From NCBI GenBank assembly GCA_021790715.1, contig JAJYGK010000212.1, positions 1-39,591 on the forward strand: a stretch of 39,591 nt of DNA, written 5' to 3'. The stretch comes from Chloroflexota bacterium. Lineage in GTDB: Bacteria; Chloroflexota; Limnocylindria; Limnocylindrales; CSP1-4. This document shows, in pieces, positions 8,921 to 17,375 of the stretch. A program made the translations under genes and the position numbers. The notes beneath the pieces were generated by a model, which did not search any database, had not been told where the DNA came from, and saw only the letters and a list, made by a program, of their open reading frames with translations. Within the stretch, counting starts at the first letter, position 1. The number at the start of each line of letters is the position of its first letter.

Positions 8921-10503
8921 GCGAGCCGTCGCCCGATCGTGTCGCGCAGCAGCCGGATCGTCTCCGGCAGCTCCGGCACCCGGAAGAGGTAGCACCACGC
9001 CGCATACACGGCGCCGCCGGCCGCCGTCACGAGCACGAGCTCGGCGAGCACCAGCAGGCGCCCGGGATGGGCGCCGAGCATGACCCCGAGCTCGTCGAGG
9101 ATCCACCCGGCGGCGAACGCGGCGAGCAGGGCCCCGGCGGCGAAGATGGCGGCCGCGATCGCCAGGTTCGCCAGGTCGACCGTCTGCGACCGGCGCGTCA
9201 GCAGCACCGTGAGCGAGATCGCCTCCGTCCATGCGCCGATCGCGATCCCCAGCGCGAGGCCGCGCAGGCCGAGCGTCCCCACTGCGGCGACCGAGACGAC
9301 CACGTTGATCGCGACCGCCACGAGAGCGGCCAGCACGGGAATCCGCGTCTCCTTGTCCGCGTAGAAGGCACGGGCGAGGACGACCACGAGCGAATCGGCG
9401 GCGAGCCCGGCCAGGAAGAACCCCAGCGCATCGGCCGTCACCGCGACGTCGCCGCGCGTGAAGTTGCCGTAGCCGAAGAGCAGGTCCACGACCTGCGTGC
9501 GCAGCACGATGCCGACCGTCGTCAGGAAGAGCATCACGAACAGCAGCAGGCGCAGCGAACGCGTCACGAGCCGCCCGAACACCGCGTGGTCGCCGCCGGC
9601 AAGGGCCGTCGACATGGACGGCAGCAGCACGACCCCGAGCGGCAGGCCGATGACCCCGATCGGGATCTGGTAGGCGGTGAACGCGGCGGTGTAGTCCGTG
9701 ATCAGGCCGGCGCCCAGGCCCGAGGCGAGCAGCGTGTTGACGATGAACGTGATCTGCGTCGCACCGAGCCCGAGGGCCCGCGGCGCGACCAGGCGGAGCA
9801 CCTCGCGGGTCTCCGGGTCGTGCAGATCGGCCGCGCGCGAGTAGCGGTAGCCCATCGCGTCGAGCGGCATGACCTGGACGAGCACGCTGAGCAATCCGCC
9901 CAGCACGACGCCCACCGCGGCCACCGTCACGCCCATCGCGCCGCCGAGCAGGGCGACCGGGACGATGATCGCGAGGTTGTACAGCAGCGGCGCCATGGCC
10001 GCCGCCGTGAACCGGTTCCCCGCGTTGAGGGCGCTCGTCGCGACGGCCGAGACCGCGAGCAGGATGGGCGAGAGCAGCATGATCCGGCTCAGCCGGACGG
10101 TGAGCGCCATCTGCTCCGGCGTGAAGTCCTGCACGATCAGCGGCATGACCCACGGCGCGAGCACGAAGAAGACGATGCCCAGGATCGCGAGCGCGATCAG
10201 CATCAGGTTCGTCACGCTCGACACCAGGCGCCAGCCCTCGCGATGCCGACCCTCGTGGAAGAGGCCGGCGAGGACCGGGATCAGAGCGGAGCCGAGGGCG
10301 CCCGCCGCGACGAGCTGGAAGATCGCGTCCGGGATGCGGAAGGCGGCCAGGTACGCGTCGAGGTCCCGGCCGGCACCGAAGACGGCGAGCAGGACCGCGG
10401 TGCGCACCCAGCCGAGGATGCGCGAGGCGAGGTACGCCCCGGTCACGACGAGGCCCGCCCGGACGAGCGTCCGGCCGTTCGCGGTGGCTCCGATCTCCGT
10501 CAC
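8917..10503 (-). CDS. murJ: lipid II flippase MurJ/MviN
   Basis: C-terminal 528 aa of ORF 8917..12075. Polytopic membrane protein (ASRILGWVRTAVLLAVFGAG...DAYLAAFRIPD...). GTG 10503 overlaps the xerC stop as GTGA. Confidence 0.9.
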   Translation of the reverse strand: MTEIGATANGRTLVRAGLVVTGAYLASRILGWVRTAVLLAVFGAGRDLDAYLAAFRIPDAIFQLVAAGALGSALIPVLAGLFHEGRHREGWRLVSSVTNLMLIALAILGIVFFVLAPWVMPLIVQDFTPEQMALTVRLSRIMLLSPILLAVSAVATSALNAGNRFTAAAMAPLLYNLAIIVPVALLGGAMGVTVAAVGVVLGGLLSVLVQVMPLDAMGYRYSRAADLHDPETREVLRLVAPRALGLGATQITFIVNTLLASGLGAGLITDYTAAFTAYQIPIGVIGLPLGVVLLPSMSTALAGGDHAVFGRLVTRSLRLLLFVMLFLTTVGIVLRTQVVDLLFGYGNFTRGDVAVTADALGFFLAGLAADSLVVVLARAFYADKETRIPVLAALVAVAINVVVSVAAVGTLGLRGLALGIAIGAWTEAISLTVLLTRRSQTVDLANLAIAAAIFAAGALLAAFAAGWILDELGVMLGAHPGRLLVLAELVLVTAAGGAVYAAWCYLFRVPELPETIRLLRDTIGRRLA

Positions 10504-11501
10504 GTTCGCGGCGTCTGTCCCCTGTCCCCCGCCGCATCGCGTCCCGAGCGGGGATGCGCTGCAGCGTAGGCCGACCGGAGGCGCCCCGGTGAGACGTGCG
10601 TGTAGAGCTGCGTGGTGTTCAGGCTCGCGTGGCCCAGCAGTTCCTGCACCACGCGCAGGTCCGCACCGCCGTCGAGGAGGTGGCTCGCGAACGAGTGCCG
10701 CAGGGTGTGCGGGCTGACGCCCTCGGGCAGGCCGGCGAGCCGGACGAGGCGATCGATCCGCAGACGGATCCCGCGCACGCCGAGCGGGCCGCCACGGGCA
10801 TTGAGGAAGACGCCCCCCTGGTCCGGCCCTTCCGCCCGGTCGCGCAGGACGGGGCGCACGTCGCGCAGGTACTCGTCGAGCGCCTCGACCGCGGGCCTGC
10901 CGAGCAGCCCCGCCCGCTCCTTGCGGCCCTTGCCCACGACCCGCAGCTCCGCGCGGCGGAGATCGACGTCCGCCAGCCGGAGGCCGGCAAGCTCGCTGAT
11001 CCGGAGCCCGGCCGCGTAGGCGGTCTCGACGATGGCGCGATCGCGCACCGCCAGGCGCGCGGCGTCGGTCGCGTCCGCCGGTGCGGGCGCGCGGACGTCG
11101 GTCGCGTCGATGAGCGACTCCACCTGCCCGACGTCGAGCACCTTCGGGAGGCGCGCGCCCTGCCGCGGCGTCGCGACCGCGGCCCACGGATCGCCCCCCA
11201 CCCAGCCGACGCGGCGGGCGTGCCGGTAGAACGAGCGGACCGCGCCGAGTCGGCTGCCGATCGAGCGCCGCGCGAGGTGGTCCGAGAGGTGGGCCAGGTA
11301 CCCGCGCAGCACCGCCCGGCCGGGACGCTCCCAGGACGCGTCGTCGGGATGGCCCGGCCGGCGGAGCGCCGCGGCGTCCGCGGAGCCGAGCCAGGCCAAG
11401 TAGTCGCTCAGCGCGGACCGATACGCCCGGAGGGTGTGCGGCGAGGCGTCGCGCGCGGCGAGCGCCTCGAGGAACGAGGCGAGCGCGTCGTCCCCGGTCA
11501 C
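10500..11501 (-). CDS. xerC: tyrosine recombinase XerC/XerD family
   Basis: C-terminal 333 aa of ORF 10500..12308. The R..K..HxxR..H..Y set is present (GLRISEL, GKGRKER, HTLRHSFASHLL, LLGHASLNTTQLYTHV). GTG 11501 overlaps the topA stop. Confidence 0.85.
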   Translation of the reverse strand: MTGDDALASFLEALAARDASPHTLRAYRSALSDYLAWLGSADAAALRRPGHPDDASWERPGRAVLRGYLAHLSDHLARRSIGSRLGAVRSFYRHARRVGWVGGDPWAAVATPRQGARLPKVLDVGQVESLIDATDVRAPAPADATDAARLAVRDRAIVETAYAAGLRISELAGLRLADVDLRRAELRVVGKGRKERAGLLGRPAVEALDEYLRDVRPVLRDRAEGPDQGGVFLNARGGPLGVRGIRLRIDRLVRLAGLPEGVSPHTLRHSFASHLLDGGADLRVVQELLGHASLNTTQLYTHVSPGRLRSAYAAAHPRSGRDAAGDRGQTPRT

Positions 11502-13948
11502 GCCGCGCCGGCGCCGGCGACGCGGCGGCTCGCGGTGCGCCGCGTCGTGCCGCCCGTCCGCGTCCGGCGCCCGCCCTGCGAGCGACCGCCCGGCGACCGG
11601 CGCCGCCTGGGTGCCAGGGCCTCGGGATCCGGCGGTCCGCCGGGCAGGGCACGTCCGACGAGATCCCCCTCCGGCAGCGGCACGTCCGCCCCGCATGCCA
11701 GGCAGATGCCGCCCTCCCCGCGCCGGCCGACCGGCCCCCCGTCGGCGTCGTGCCGCGCCCCGACCGGCTCGAAGTCGGTGGTGAACTCGCAGGCGGGGTA
11801 CCGCGAGCAGCCCCAGAAGACCTTGCCGGTGCGCCGGGCGCGCCGCGCCACGAGATGCCCCGTTCCGCACTTCGGGCATCCGACCTCGAAGGCGAGCTGC
11901 GGCGGCGGGGGCGGCCCGTCCTTCCGGATGTACCTGCAGTCGGGGTAGCGCGAGCACCCCACGAACGGGCCGAAGCGGCCGCGCTTCTCGACGAGCGTCC
12001 CCTGCCCGCACTCCGGGCACGTCTCGCCCACGCCGGGCAGTGTCCCGCCCGCCGGCTTCCCGCCGTCTTCCGCACTCCCGGCCGCGTCTCCGGCCTCCTC
12101 GGGGAGCGGGCGCGTCTCCTGGTGCTCCGGGTAGAGCGAGCAGGCCAGGAAGCGGCCGTAGCGGCCGAGGCGGATCACCATCGGGTGCCCCAGCGAGCAC
12201 ACCTCGTCGGACGGTTCCGTCGTGAAGTCGCGCCGGCGCAGCTCGCGGCGCTTCTCGTCGACCAGGTCCCGCAGCGGGCCGTAGAAGTCGCGCAGCAGGG
12301 GCACCCACTCGCGCTCGCCGCGGGCAATCTCGTCGAGACGCTCCTCCATGCGCGCGGTGAACTCCGGGTCGACGAACTCCCCGAAGTGCTCGACGAGCAG
12401 GTCCGTCACGATCTCACCGATCGGTTCGGGCCGGAGACGCCGCTCGACGAGCTTCACGTACCCGCGATCGAGGATCGTGCTGATCGTGGCGGCATAGGTC
12501 GACGGCCGCCCGATGCCGCGGTCCTCGAGCGCCTTGATCAGGGTGGCCTCGGTGTACCGCGGCGGCGGCTCCGTGAAATGCTGGGACGGCGTGACGTCGA
12601 CCACGGACGTCTCGTCGCCCTCCTGCACCGCCGGCAGCTGCCCCTCCCGCTCCTCGGCCGCGTCGTCCCGGCCCTCGGTGTACACGCGGGCGAAGCCGTC
12701 GAAGGTCGTCCGGCTCGCGGTCGCCCGGAGCACGTACCGGCCGGCCTCCAGGTCGACGGTCGTCGTCTCGATCTCCTTCGCCGCCATCTGCGACGCGATC
12801 GCGCGCTGCCAGACCAGGCGGTAGAGACGGAGCTCGTCGGACGCCAGGCGACCGGAGAGGGAGTCCGGGTCGCGGCCGAACGAGGTGGGCCGGATCGACT
12901 CGTGCGCCTCCTGGGCGCCGCGCACCTTCGTGCGGTAGACGCGCCCGCGCGGGACGACGTACGGGTCGCCGTAGCGAGCGCGGATGACGTCGCGCGCCTC
13001 GGCCATCGCGACGGTCGCCATCGCCGTCGAGTCCGTCCGCATGTACGTGATCAGGCCGACCTGCCCGTCGCCGATGTCCACGCCCTCGTACAGGCGCTGC
13101 GCGACCGACATGGTGCGCTTGGGCGAGAAGCCGAGTTTCCGGCTGGCCTCCTGCTGGAGGGTGCTGGTCGTGAACGGCGGGGCCGGGTTCGTGCGCCGGC
13201 CGGCGACCGCGACCTTCGCGACGCGCGGCCGCAGCCCGCGCAGCGCAGCCGCGTGTCCCCGCGCCGCCGCCTCGTCGCCGACGTCGAGCTTCGCGCCGTC
13301 GATCCGCACGACCTCGGCGGCGAACCGCTCGCCCCCGCCCGTCTCGAGGAGGGCCTCGAGCGTCCAGTACTCCTTCGCCGTGAAGGCGCGGATCTCGCGC
13401 TCGCGCTCGACCACCATGCGCACCGCGACGGACTGCACGCGGCCGGCCGACAACCCGCCCCGGACCTTTCGCGACAGGAGCGGGCTGAGCGTGTACCCCA
13501 CGAGCCGGTCGACGATGCGCCGCGTCTGCTGCGCGTCGACCAGGTGCCCGTCGATGCTGCGCGGATGCGCGAACGCATCGCGGATCGCGCCCTCGGTGAT
13601 CTCGCTGAACGTGACGCGGCGCTGTTTCTCCGCCGGCACGTTGGCCGCTTCGGCCACGTGCCACGCGATCGCCTCGCCCTCCCGATCGAGGTCGGTGGCC
13701 AGGTACACCTGCTCGGCCGTCTTCGCCGCGCGCCTGATCGCCTCCACCTGCTTGCGCCGGTCGTCGGAGACGACGTACTCGGGCGCGAAGTCGTGATCGA
13801 CGTCGACGCCGAACTTGCCCTTGCCCGGGTTCTCCGGGAGGTCACGGACGTGGCCGTAGGAGGCCAGCACGCGGTACTCGTCGCCGAGGTACCGCTCGAT
13901 CGTCTTCGCCTTCGCCGGCGACTCGACGACCACGAGGTTCTTCGTCAT
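11498..13948 (-). CDS. topA: DNA topoisomerase I
   Basis: MTKNLVVVESPAKAKTIERYLG..., Toprim and topoisomerase IA core, two CxxC...CxxC zinc ribbons and a basic tail. ATG 13948 is preferred over the track start GTG 13966 because TACACT lies 8 nt upstream. Confidence 0.93.
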   Translation of the reverse strand: MTKNLVVVESPAKAKTIERYLGDEYRVLASYGHVRDLPENPGKGKFGVDVDHDFAPEYVVSDDRRKQVEAIRRAAKTAEQVYLATDLDREGEAIAWHVAEAANVPAEKQRRVTFSEITEGAIRDAFAHPRSIDGHLVDAQQTRRIVDRLVGYTLSPLLSRKVRGGLSAGRVQSVAVRMVVEREREIRAFTAKEYWTLEALLETGGGERFAAEVVRIDGAKLDVGDEAAARGHAAALRGLRPRVAKVAVAGRRTNPAPPFTTSTLQQEASRKLGFSPKRTMSVAQRLYEGVDIGDGQVGLITYMRTDSTAMATVAMAEARDVIRARYGDPYVVPRGRVYRTKVRGAQEAHESIRPTSFGRDPDSLSGRLASDELRLYRLVWQRAIASQMAAKEIETTTVDLEAGRYVLRATASRTTFDGFARVYTEGRDDAAEEREGQLPAVQEGDETSVVDVTPSQHFTEPPPRYTEATLIKALEDRGIGRPSTYAATISTILDRGYVKLVERRLRPEPIGEIVTDLLVEHFGEFVDPEFTARMEERLDEIARGEREWVPLLRDFYGPLRDLVDEKRRELRRRDFTTEPSDEVCSLGHPMVIRLGRYGRFLACSLYPEHQETRPLPEEAGDAAGSAEDGGKPAGGTLPGVGETCPECGQGTLVEKRGRFGPFVGCSRYPDCRYIRKDGPPPPPQLAFEVGCPKCGTGHLVARRARRTGKVFWGCSRYPACEFTTDFEPVGARHDADGGPVGRRGEGGICLACGADVPLPEGDLVGRALPGGPPDPEALAPRRRRSPGGRSQGGRRTRTGGTTRRTASRRVAGAGAA

Positions 13949-13962
13949 CGGCCGGGAGTGTA
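13949..13962 (-). promoter_or_regulatory. -10-like TACACT 8 nt upstream of topA ATG 13948
   Basis: Forward agtgta at 13957..13962. Confidence 0.45.
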
Positions 13963-14004
13963 TCACCCGCCCCTTACCGCTCAGTCACCCCCGAATGCCC
14001 GCCC

Positions 14005-14328
14005 TCAGGTCTCGCGGATGCGGCGCAGCAGCTCCTCGTCGAGCTCGACGTCCGGCTCGTCGTGCCGCTCGTCGCGCCGGGCCGGGGCGGCGGGCGCGAG
14101 GTCGGTCCGCTCGCCGTCGGGCTCCGCGGACGGCACCTCGAGGAAGCGGACCTGGGCGAGCGGGAACAGGAACCAGTGGTCGGCACGGTCCACCCACGCG
14201 GGCCGCCTGCCGCTCGTCAGCCGCACGTTCGTGCAGACGACGGCCGAGTCGCCGGTGCCGGGCAGGGCGGCCAGGTCGACGAGGAGCGGCTGCTCGTTGA
14301 GCAGGTGGAGGATCGCGCCGCGGATCAC
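14005..14328 (-). CDS. hypothetical small protein with acidic C-terminal tail
   Basis: 107-aa ORF with native-looking GC3 bias. GTG start lies 1 nt after the stop of the upstream CAP-domain gene. I recognise no family. Tail is DERHDEPDVELDEELLRRIRET. Confidence 0.5.
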   Translation of the reverse strand: MIRGAILHLLNEQPLLVDLAALPGTGDSAVVCTNVRLTSGRRPAWVDRADHWFLFPLAQVRFLEVPSAEPDGERTDLAPAAPARRDERHDEPDVELDEELLRRIRET

Positions 14329-14329
14329 G

Positions 14330-15895
14330 TCACGGATGGTAGAAGTCGAAGACGATCACGACATACCCACCTTCGTCCCATACCCCGATGCCGACCGTGG
14401 AGTACGCCGCGTTCTTCAGGTTCGCCCAGTGACCGCCGTTGTACGACTTCTCGGACTGGAAGAAGAGCATCGAGGCGATCGCGGTGTGCGTCGGCGTTCC
14501 GCTCTGGCAGCCGATGTTCTCGCCCCACCGCCACGAGGTGTACCCGGCCCGGGCGAGCCGGTCGCCCGGCGTCCCGTCCAGGAAGTGGCTGCAGGCGTCG
14601 CGCACCGCCAGGTAGCGGGCGTACGGCCGCGAGACCGTGTTCGAGATGCCGGTATTCAGGGTGAGCGGTGCGACGTACGTGCTGTAGTGCCCGGTGCCGT
14701 AGCCGGCGCAGGTGCCGTCCGAACGGACCCAGCCCCCGGTGCGCGTGCAGTTGAGCAGCTTGAGGGCGTACTCCTCGGTCGACAGCCACGGCGCACTCGA
14801 CGACGACGTCGCCGCGGTGGGCTTCGGGGTAGGCCTGGGGGTGGGCCTGGGGGTCGGTCTCGGCGTGGGCTTCGGGGTCGCCTTCGGGGTGGGCGCCGGG
14901 GTCGCCCGCGGTGTCGGCCGCGGGGTCGCGGCCGGTCGCGGGGTCGGTGCCGCGGTCGTCGGAGTGGGAGCGGTGGCGGCGGGCGCCGGGGTCCTGAGCC
15001 CCGCCAGCGTTCGCTGCGTCGCCGCCTCCACGCCCGCGATCGGTCCCGCGGTGCGGACCACGAGCCGCGGGGCGGGGTCGACGACCATCCCGTCCCACGA
15101 GGTCACCGGACCGGCGAACGTCACGACGTAGGTCGTGCCGGCGGCCAGCGGCCCGCTCGGGATCCACGTCACGACGGTCGGCGACTGGTCGGACGGCTGT
15201 GCCGAGAACGTCCCGGCGGCAGCCGGCTGGATCGACAGCGCGTCCTGCAGGCTGGCGAAGTCGACCGCCCGGCTGAACGTGATCCGGAATCCGGCGCTCG
15301 GATCGGCACGCGTCCCCGACCTGGAGACGGGCGCGATCTCCGCCGTCGGCGCGTCGGCGGTCAGGAAGGCGGCCCGCACCGGGCTCGAGAGCCGGCCTCC
15401 GGCGGCCGTGCGCGCCGACGTCGCGACGTCGACCGAGTAGAGCGTCGAGGGTCGCCATGGCTGGAGCGGCGTGATCGTGAGGAGCGTGTTGCCGGACGTC
15501 CAGTCGAGGCTGACGCCGGAGATCGGCGTCACGGTGAGGGCTGCCTGGACCGAATCCGGGTTCATCGGCGCGCTGAACGACAGCCGGATCTCCTGGCTGC
15601 CGCCCACGCCCGCGTGCAGCGGCGTGGCAACCCGCGCGATCGCGGCGGTGTCGACGGGCGGGGCCAGGTGGCCCTGGGCCGTGGGGACCAGTCGCGCGAC
15701 CGCATAGGCGCCGCCGGCCACCACGAGGAGCGCCAGCACGAGGGCGCGCAGCACGCGCGGGTGGCGCGCCAGGACGACGAGGTAGACCCACGCCAGGATC
15801 GGCAAGGCGGCTGCTCCGAGCAGCCACGAACGCACCAAACCCGTGGCTCGGCGTGGACGGCTGTCGCGGGGCACGGGGGCAGCGTCCCGATCCAT
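14330..15895 (-). CDS. membrane-anchored protein: TM + two SbsA-Ig-like repeats + Pro/Thr linker + C-terminal CAP/SCP/PR-1 domain
   Basis: 521-aa ORF with an Arg-rich N-terminus then a TM segment (LLGAAALPILAWVYLVVL). Repeats LSFSAPMNPDSVQAALTVTP and ITFSRAVDFASLQDALSIQP. TPRPTPRPTPK linker. C-terminal WGENIG...GGHWANL...YSTVGIGVW. Confidence 0.75.
   Translation of the reverse strand: MDRDAAPVPRDSRPRRATGLVRSWLLGAAALPILAWVYLVVLARHPRVLRALVLALLVVAGGAYAVARLVPTAQGHLAPPVDTAAIARVATPLHAGVGGSQEIRLSFSAPMNPDSVQAALTVTPISGVSLDWTSGNTLLTITPLQPWRPSTLYSVDVATSARTAAGGRLSSPVRAAFLTADAPTAEIAPVSRSGTRADPSAGFRITFSRAVDFASLQDALSIQPAAAGTFSAQPSDQSPTVVTWIPSGPLAAGTTYVVTFAGPVTSWDGMVVDPAPRLVVRTAGPIAGVEAATQRTLAGLRTPAPAATAPTPTTAAPTPRPAATPRPTPRATPAPTPKATPKPTPRPTPRPTPRPTPKPTAATSSSSAPWLSTEEYALKLLNCTRTGGWVRSDGTCAGYGTGHYSTYVAPLTLNTGISNTVSRPYARYLAVRDACSHFLDGTPGDRLARAGYTSWRWGENIGCQSGTPTHTAIASMLFFQSEKSYNGGHWANLKNAAYSTVGIGVWDEGGYVVIVFDFYHP
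14812..14990 (-). repeat. imperfect short tandem repeats encoding the Pro/Thr linker
   Basis: Reiterated ggggt(c/g)gg(c/t)c-type units encoding TPRPTPRPTPKPT. Confidence 0.8.
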
Positions 15896-15910
15896 TCGCC
15901 CCGCACTCTA
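15896..15910 (-). promoter_or_regulatory. -10-like TAGAGT 9 nt upstream of the CAP-domain gene ATG
   Basis: Forward actcta at 15905..15910. Confidence 0.4.
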
Positions 15911-15992
15911 GCAGACGCGTGCAATGCAACCGGCAAAGTCCGGGTGCCGTCTCCGGCCGCCGGCTGGCCCACGCAGATGCCGGCTGCACCCG

Positions 15993-17372
15993 TCAGGGCG
16001 GTTCCACGAGGAGTCTCCCCGCTGGCAGATAGAGAGGCCCCACGCTGCGCACGAGCCCGCGCAGCTGGAGCAGGGTGAGGACGGCTGCCACCTCGCCGGG
16101 CGCGCCGCCGGTCCGCGCCAGCACGTCGTCGAACGTGGCCGGGCCGCCGGCGAGGATGGCCGCGACGTCGCGTTCGGGGCCGCCGAGGGGGCCTCCGGCC
16201 ACGGCCTCGTCCGCGGCGGGAGCGGCGGGATCCGTCGGTCGGGACGCGGCCGGGCCGGACCAGCCGAGATCGGCGGACAGCGCCGCGATCCCGTCGAACG
16301 GCCGCGCGGTGCACTCCGACAGGAGCGCCCGGCAGCCGGCCGCGAGCGGCGACGTGCCGATCCCCGCGGCCGCGTACACCGGGACGCCCTGCTCCATCGC
16401 CAGTCGCGCGGTGATCAGGGCCCCGCTGCGCACCGGCGCCTCGATCACGACCACCGCGTCCGCCAGCGCGGCGATGAGTCGGTTGCGTCGCGGATAGGTC
16501 CCGTGCGTCGCGCGTGCCATCGGCGGCAGCTCGCCGATCACGGCGCCACGCTCGAGGATCCGGCGCACGAGCCCCGCATGCGCACGCGGGCCCGGACGCC
16601 GGTGCCCGGAGCCGATGACCGCAACGGTCGTGCCGCCGCCCTCCACGGAGGCCGCGTGTGCCGCTCCGTCGATGCCGACGGCGAGGCCGGACACCACCAC
16701 GACGCCGCCCGCCACCAGTGTCGCGGCTGCCCGTGATGCCTCGAACCGTCCGGCCGGCGAGGCCCGCCGTGTGCCGACGATCGCGACCATCGCCGGCGCA
16801 TGGAGCACGGCGGGGTCGCCCTGCCCGAAGAGCACGGGCGGGGGACCGGCGAGTCCGTCGAGGCGCGCCGGGTAGTCCGGGTCGAGCAGCGTCACGGTCC
16901 AGACATTCGAGTCACGCAGCGACGCGAGCGCGGCCCCGGGGTCACGGGCGACCTGCTCGATCGCGGCGACCGTCCGGGCCGCGAGCGGGACGGCGCGTCT
17001 GTCCGCCTCGGCCGCGAGGCGCCGACCCAGGCGCCCCCCGGCGGCGAGCCACAGGGCGCGCCGGGCGCTGCCGTGCGTCGCGATGAGTCCCTGGAGCGTG
17101 CGCTCGCCCACGCCCTCCACGGTGGCAAGCACGACCCAGGCCTGGCGTTCCTCGGCCAGGTCGCGCGGGCCGCGCGACGCGCGACGTCCACGACCGGCCC
17201 CGGTACCGCCACCTGGGCCGCCGCCGGCTCCGGGAACCGTCGACGGCGGCTCCCCCCGGACCGGGCCGGCCGGCCGCTCCGGTCGCCCGTCCGTGCCGGT
17301 GATCGGCGCGCCGCCCACCGGCACGGGTGCTCGCGCCGGCCCGAGGGGTCCGAGCGGACCGACGCCGAGCAT
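15993..17372 (-). CDS. dprA: DNA-processing protein DprA/Smf
   Basis: VAIVGTRRASPAGR...VVSGLAVGIDGAAHAA...GTYPRRNRLIAALADAVVVIEAPVRSGALITA. Has a long Gly/Pro-rich N-terminal extension. ATG lies 4 nt after the comM stop. Confidence 0.88.
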   Translation of the reverse strand: MLGVGPLGPLGPARAPVPVGGAPITGTDGRPERPAGPVRGEPPSTVPGAGGGPGGGTGAGRGRRASRGPRDLAEERQAWVVLATVEGVGERTLQGLIATHGSARRALWLAAGGRLGRRLAAEADRRAVPLAARTVAAIEQVARDPGAALASLRDSNVWTVTLLDPDYPARLDGLAGPPPVLFGQGDPAVLHAPAMVAIVGTRRASPAGRFEASRAAATLVAGGVVVVSGLAVGIDGAAHAASVEGGGTTVAVIGSGHRRPGPRAHAGLVRRILERGAVIGELPPMARATHGTYPRRNRLIAALADAVVVIEAPVRSGALITARLAMEQGVPVYAAAGIGTSPLAAGCRALLSECTARPFDGIAALSADLGWSGPAASRPTDPAAPAADEAVAGGPLGGPERDVAAILAGGPATFDDVLARTGGAPGEVAAVLTLLQLRGLVRSVGPLYLPAGRLLVEPP

Positions 17373-17375
17373 CGC

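Noticed and set aside
10500-11501. Tyrosine recombinase as a marker of an integrated mobile element
   Set aside because: It is chained by start/stop overlaps to topA and murJ and sits in the conserved topA-xerC housekeeping context. It has no adjacent tRNA, att-like repeats or phage/plasmid genes.
8917-12075. ORF-track entries that fuse neighbours into giant proteins (8917..12075, 10500..12308, 7880..10537, 3978..6113, 34849..37011)
   Set aside because: The N-terminal halves are read-through of the upstream gene region in a different frame. The recognisable homology starts at internal GTG/ATG codons that overlap the upstream stop or have an SD, so I trimmed the starts accordingly.
14812-14990. 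Short tandem repeats as a possible CRISPR-like or minisatellite element
   Set aside because: The units are 9-12 nt, contiguous and without spacers. They are in frame inside a CDS and encode a Pro/Thr linker.
11750-16078. 1442-aa plus-strand ORF antisense to topA and the CAP-domain gene
   Set aside because: It is the antisense shadow of well-supported minus-strand genes. Its composition is dominated by R/G/P/A/D and it carries no domain signatures.
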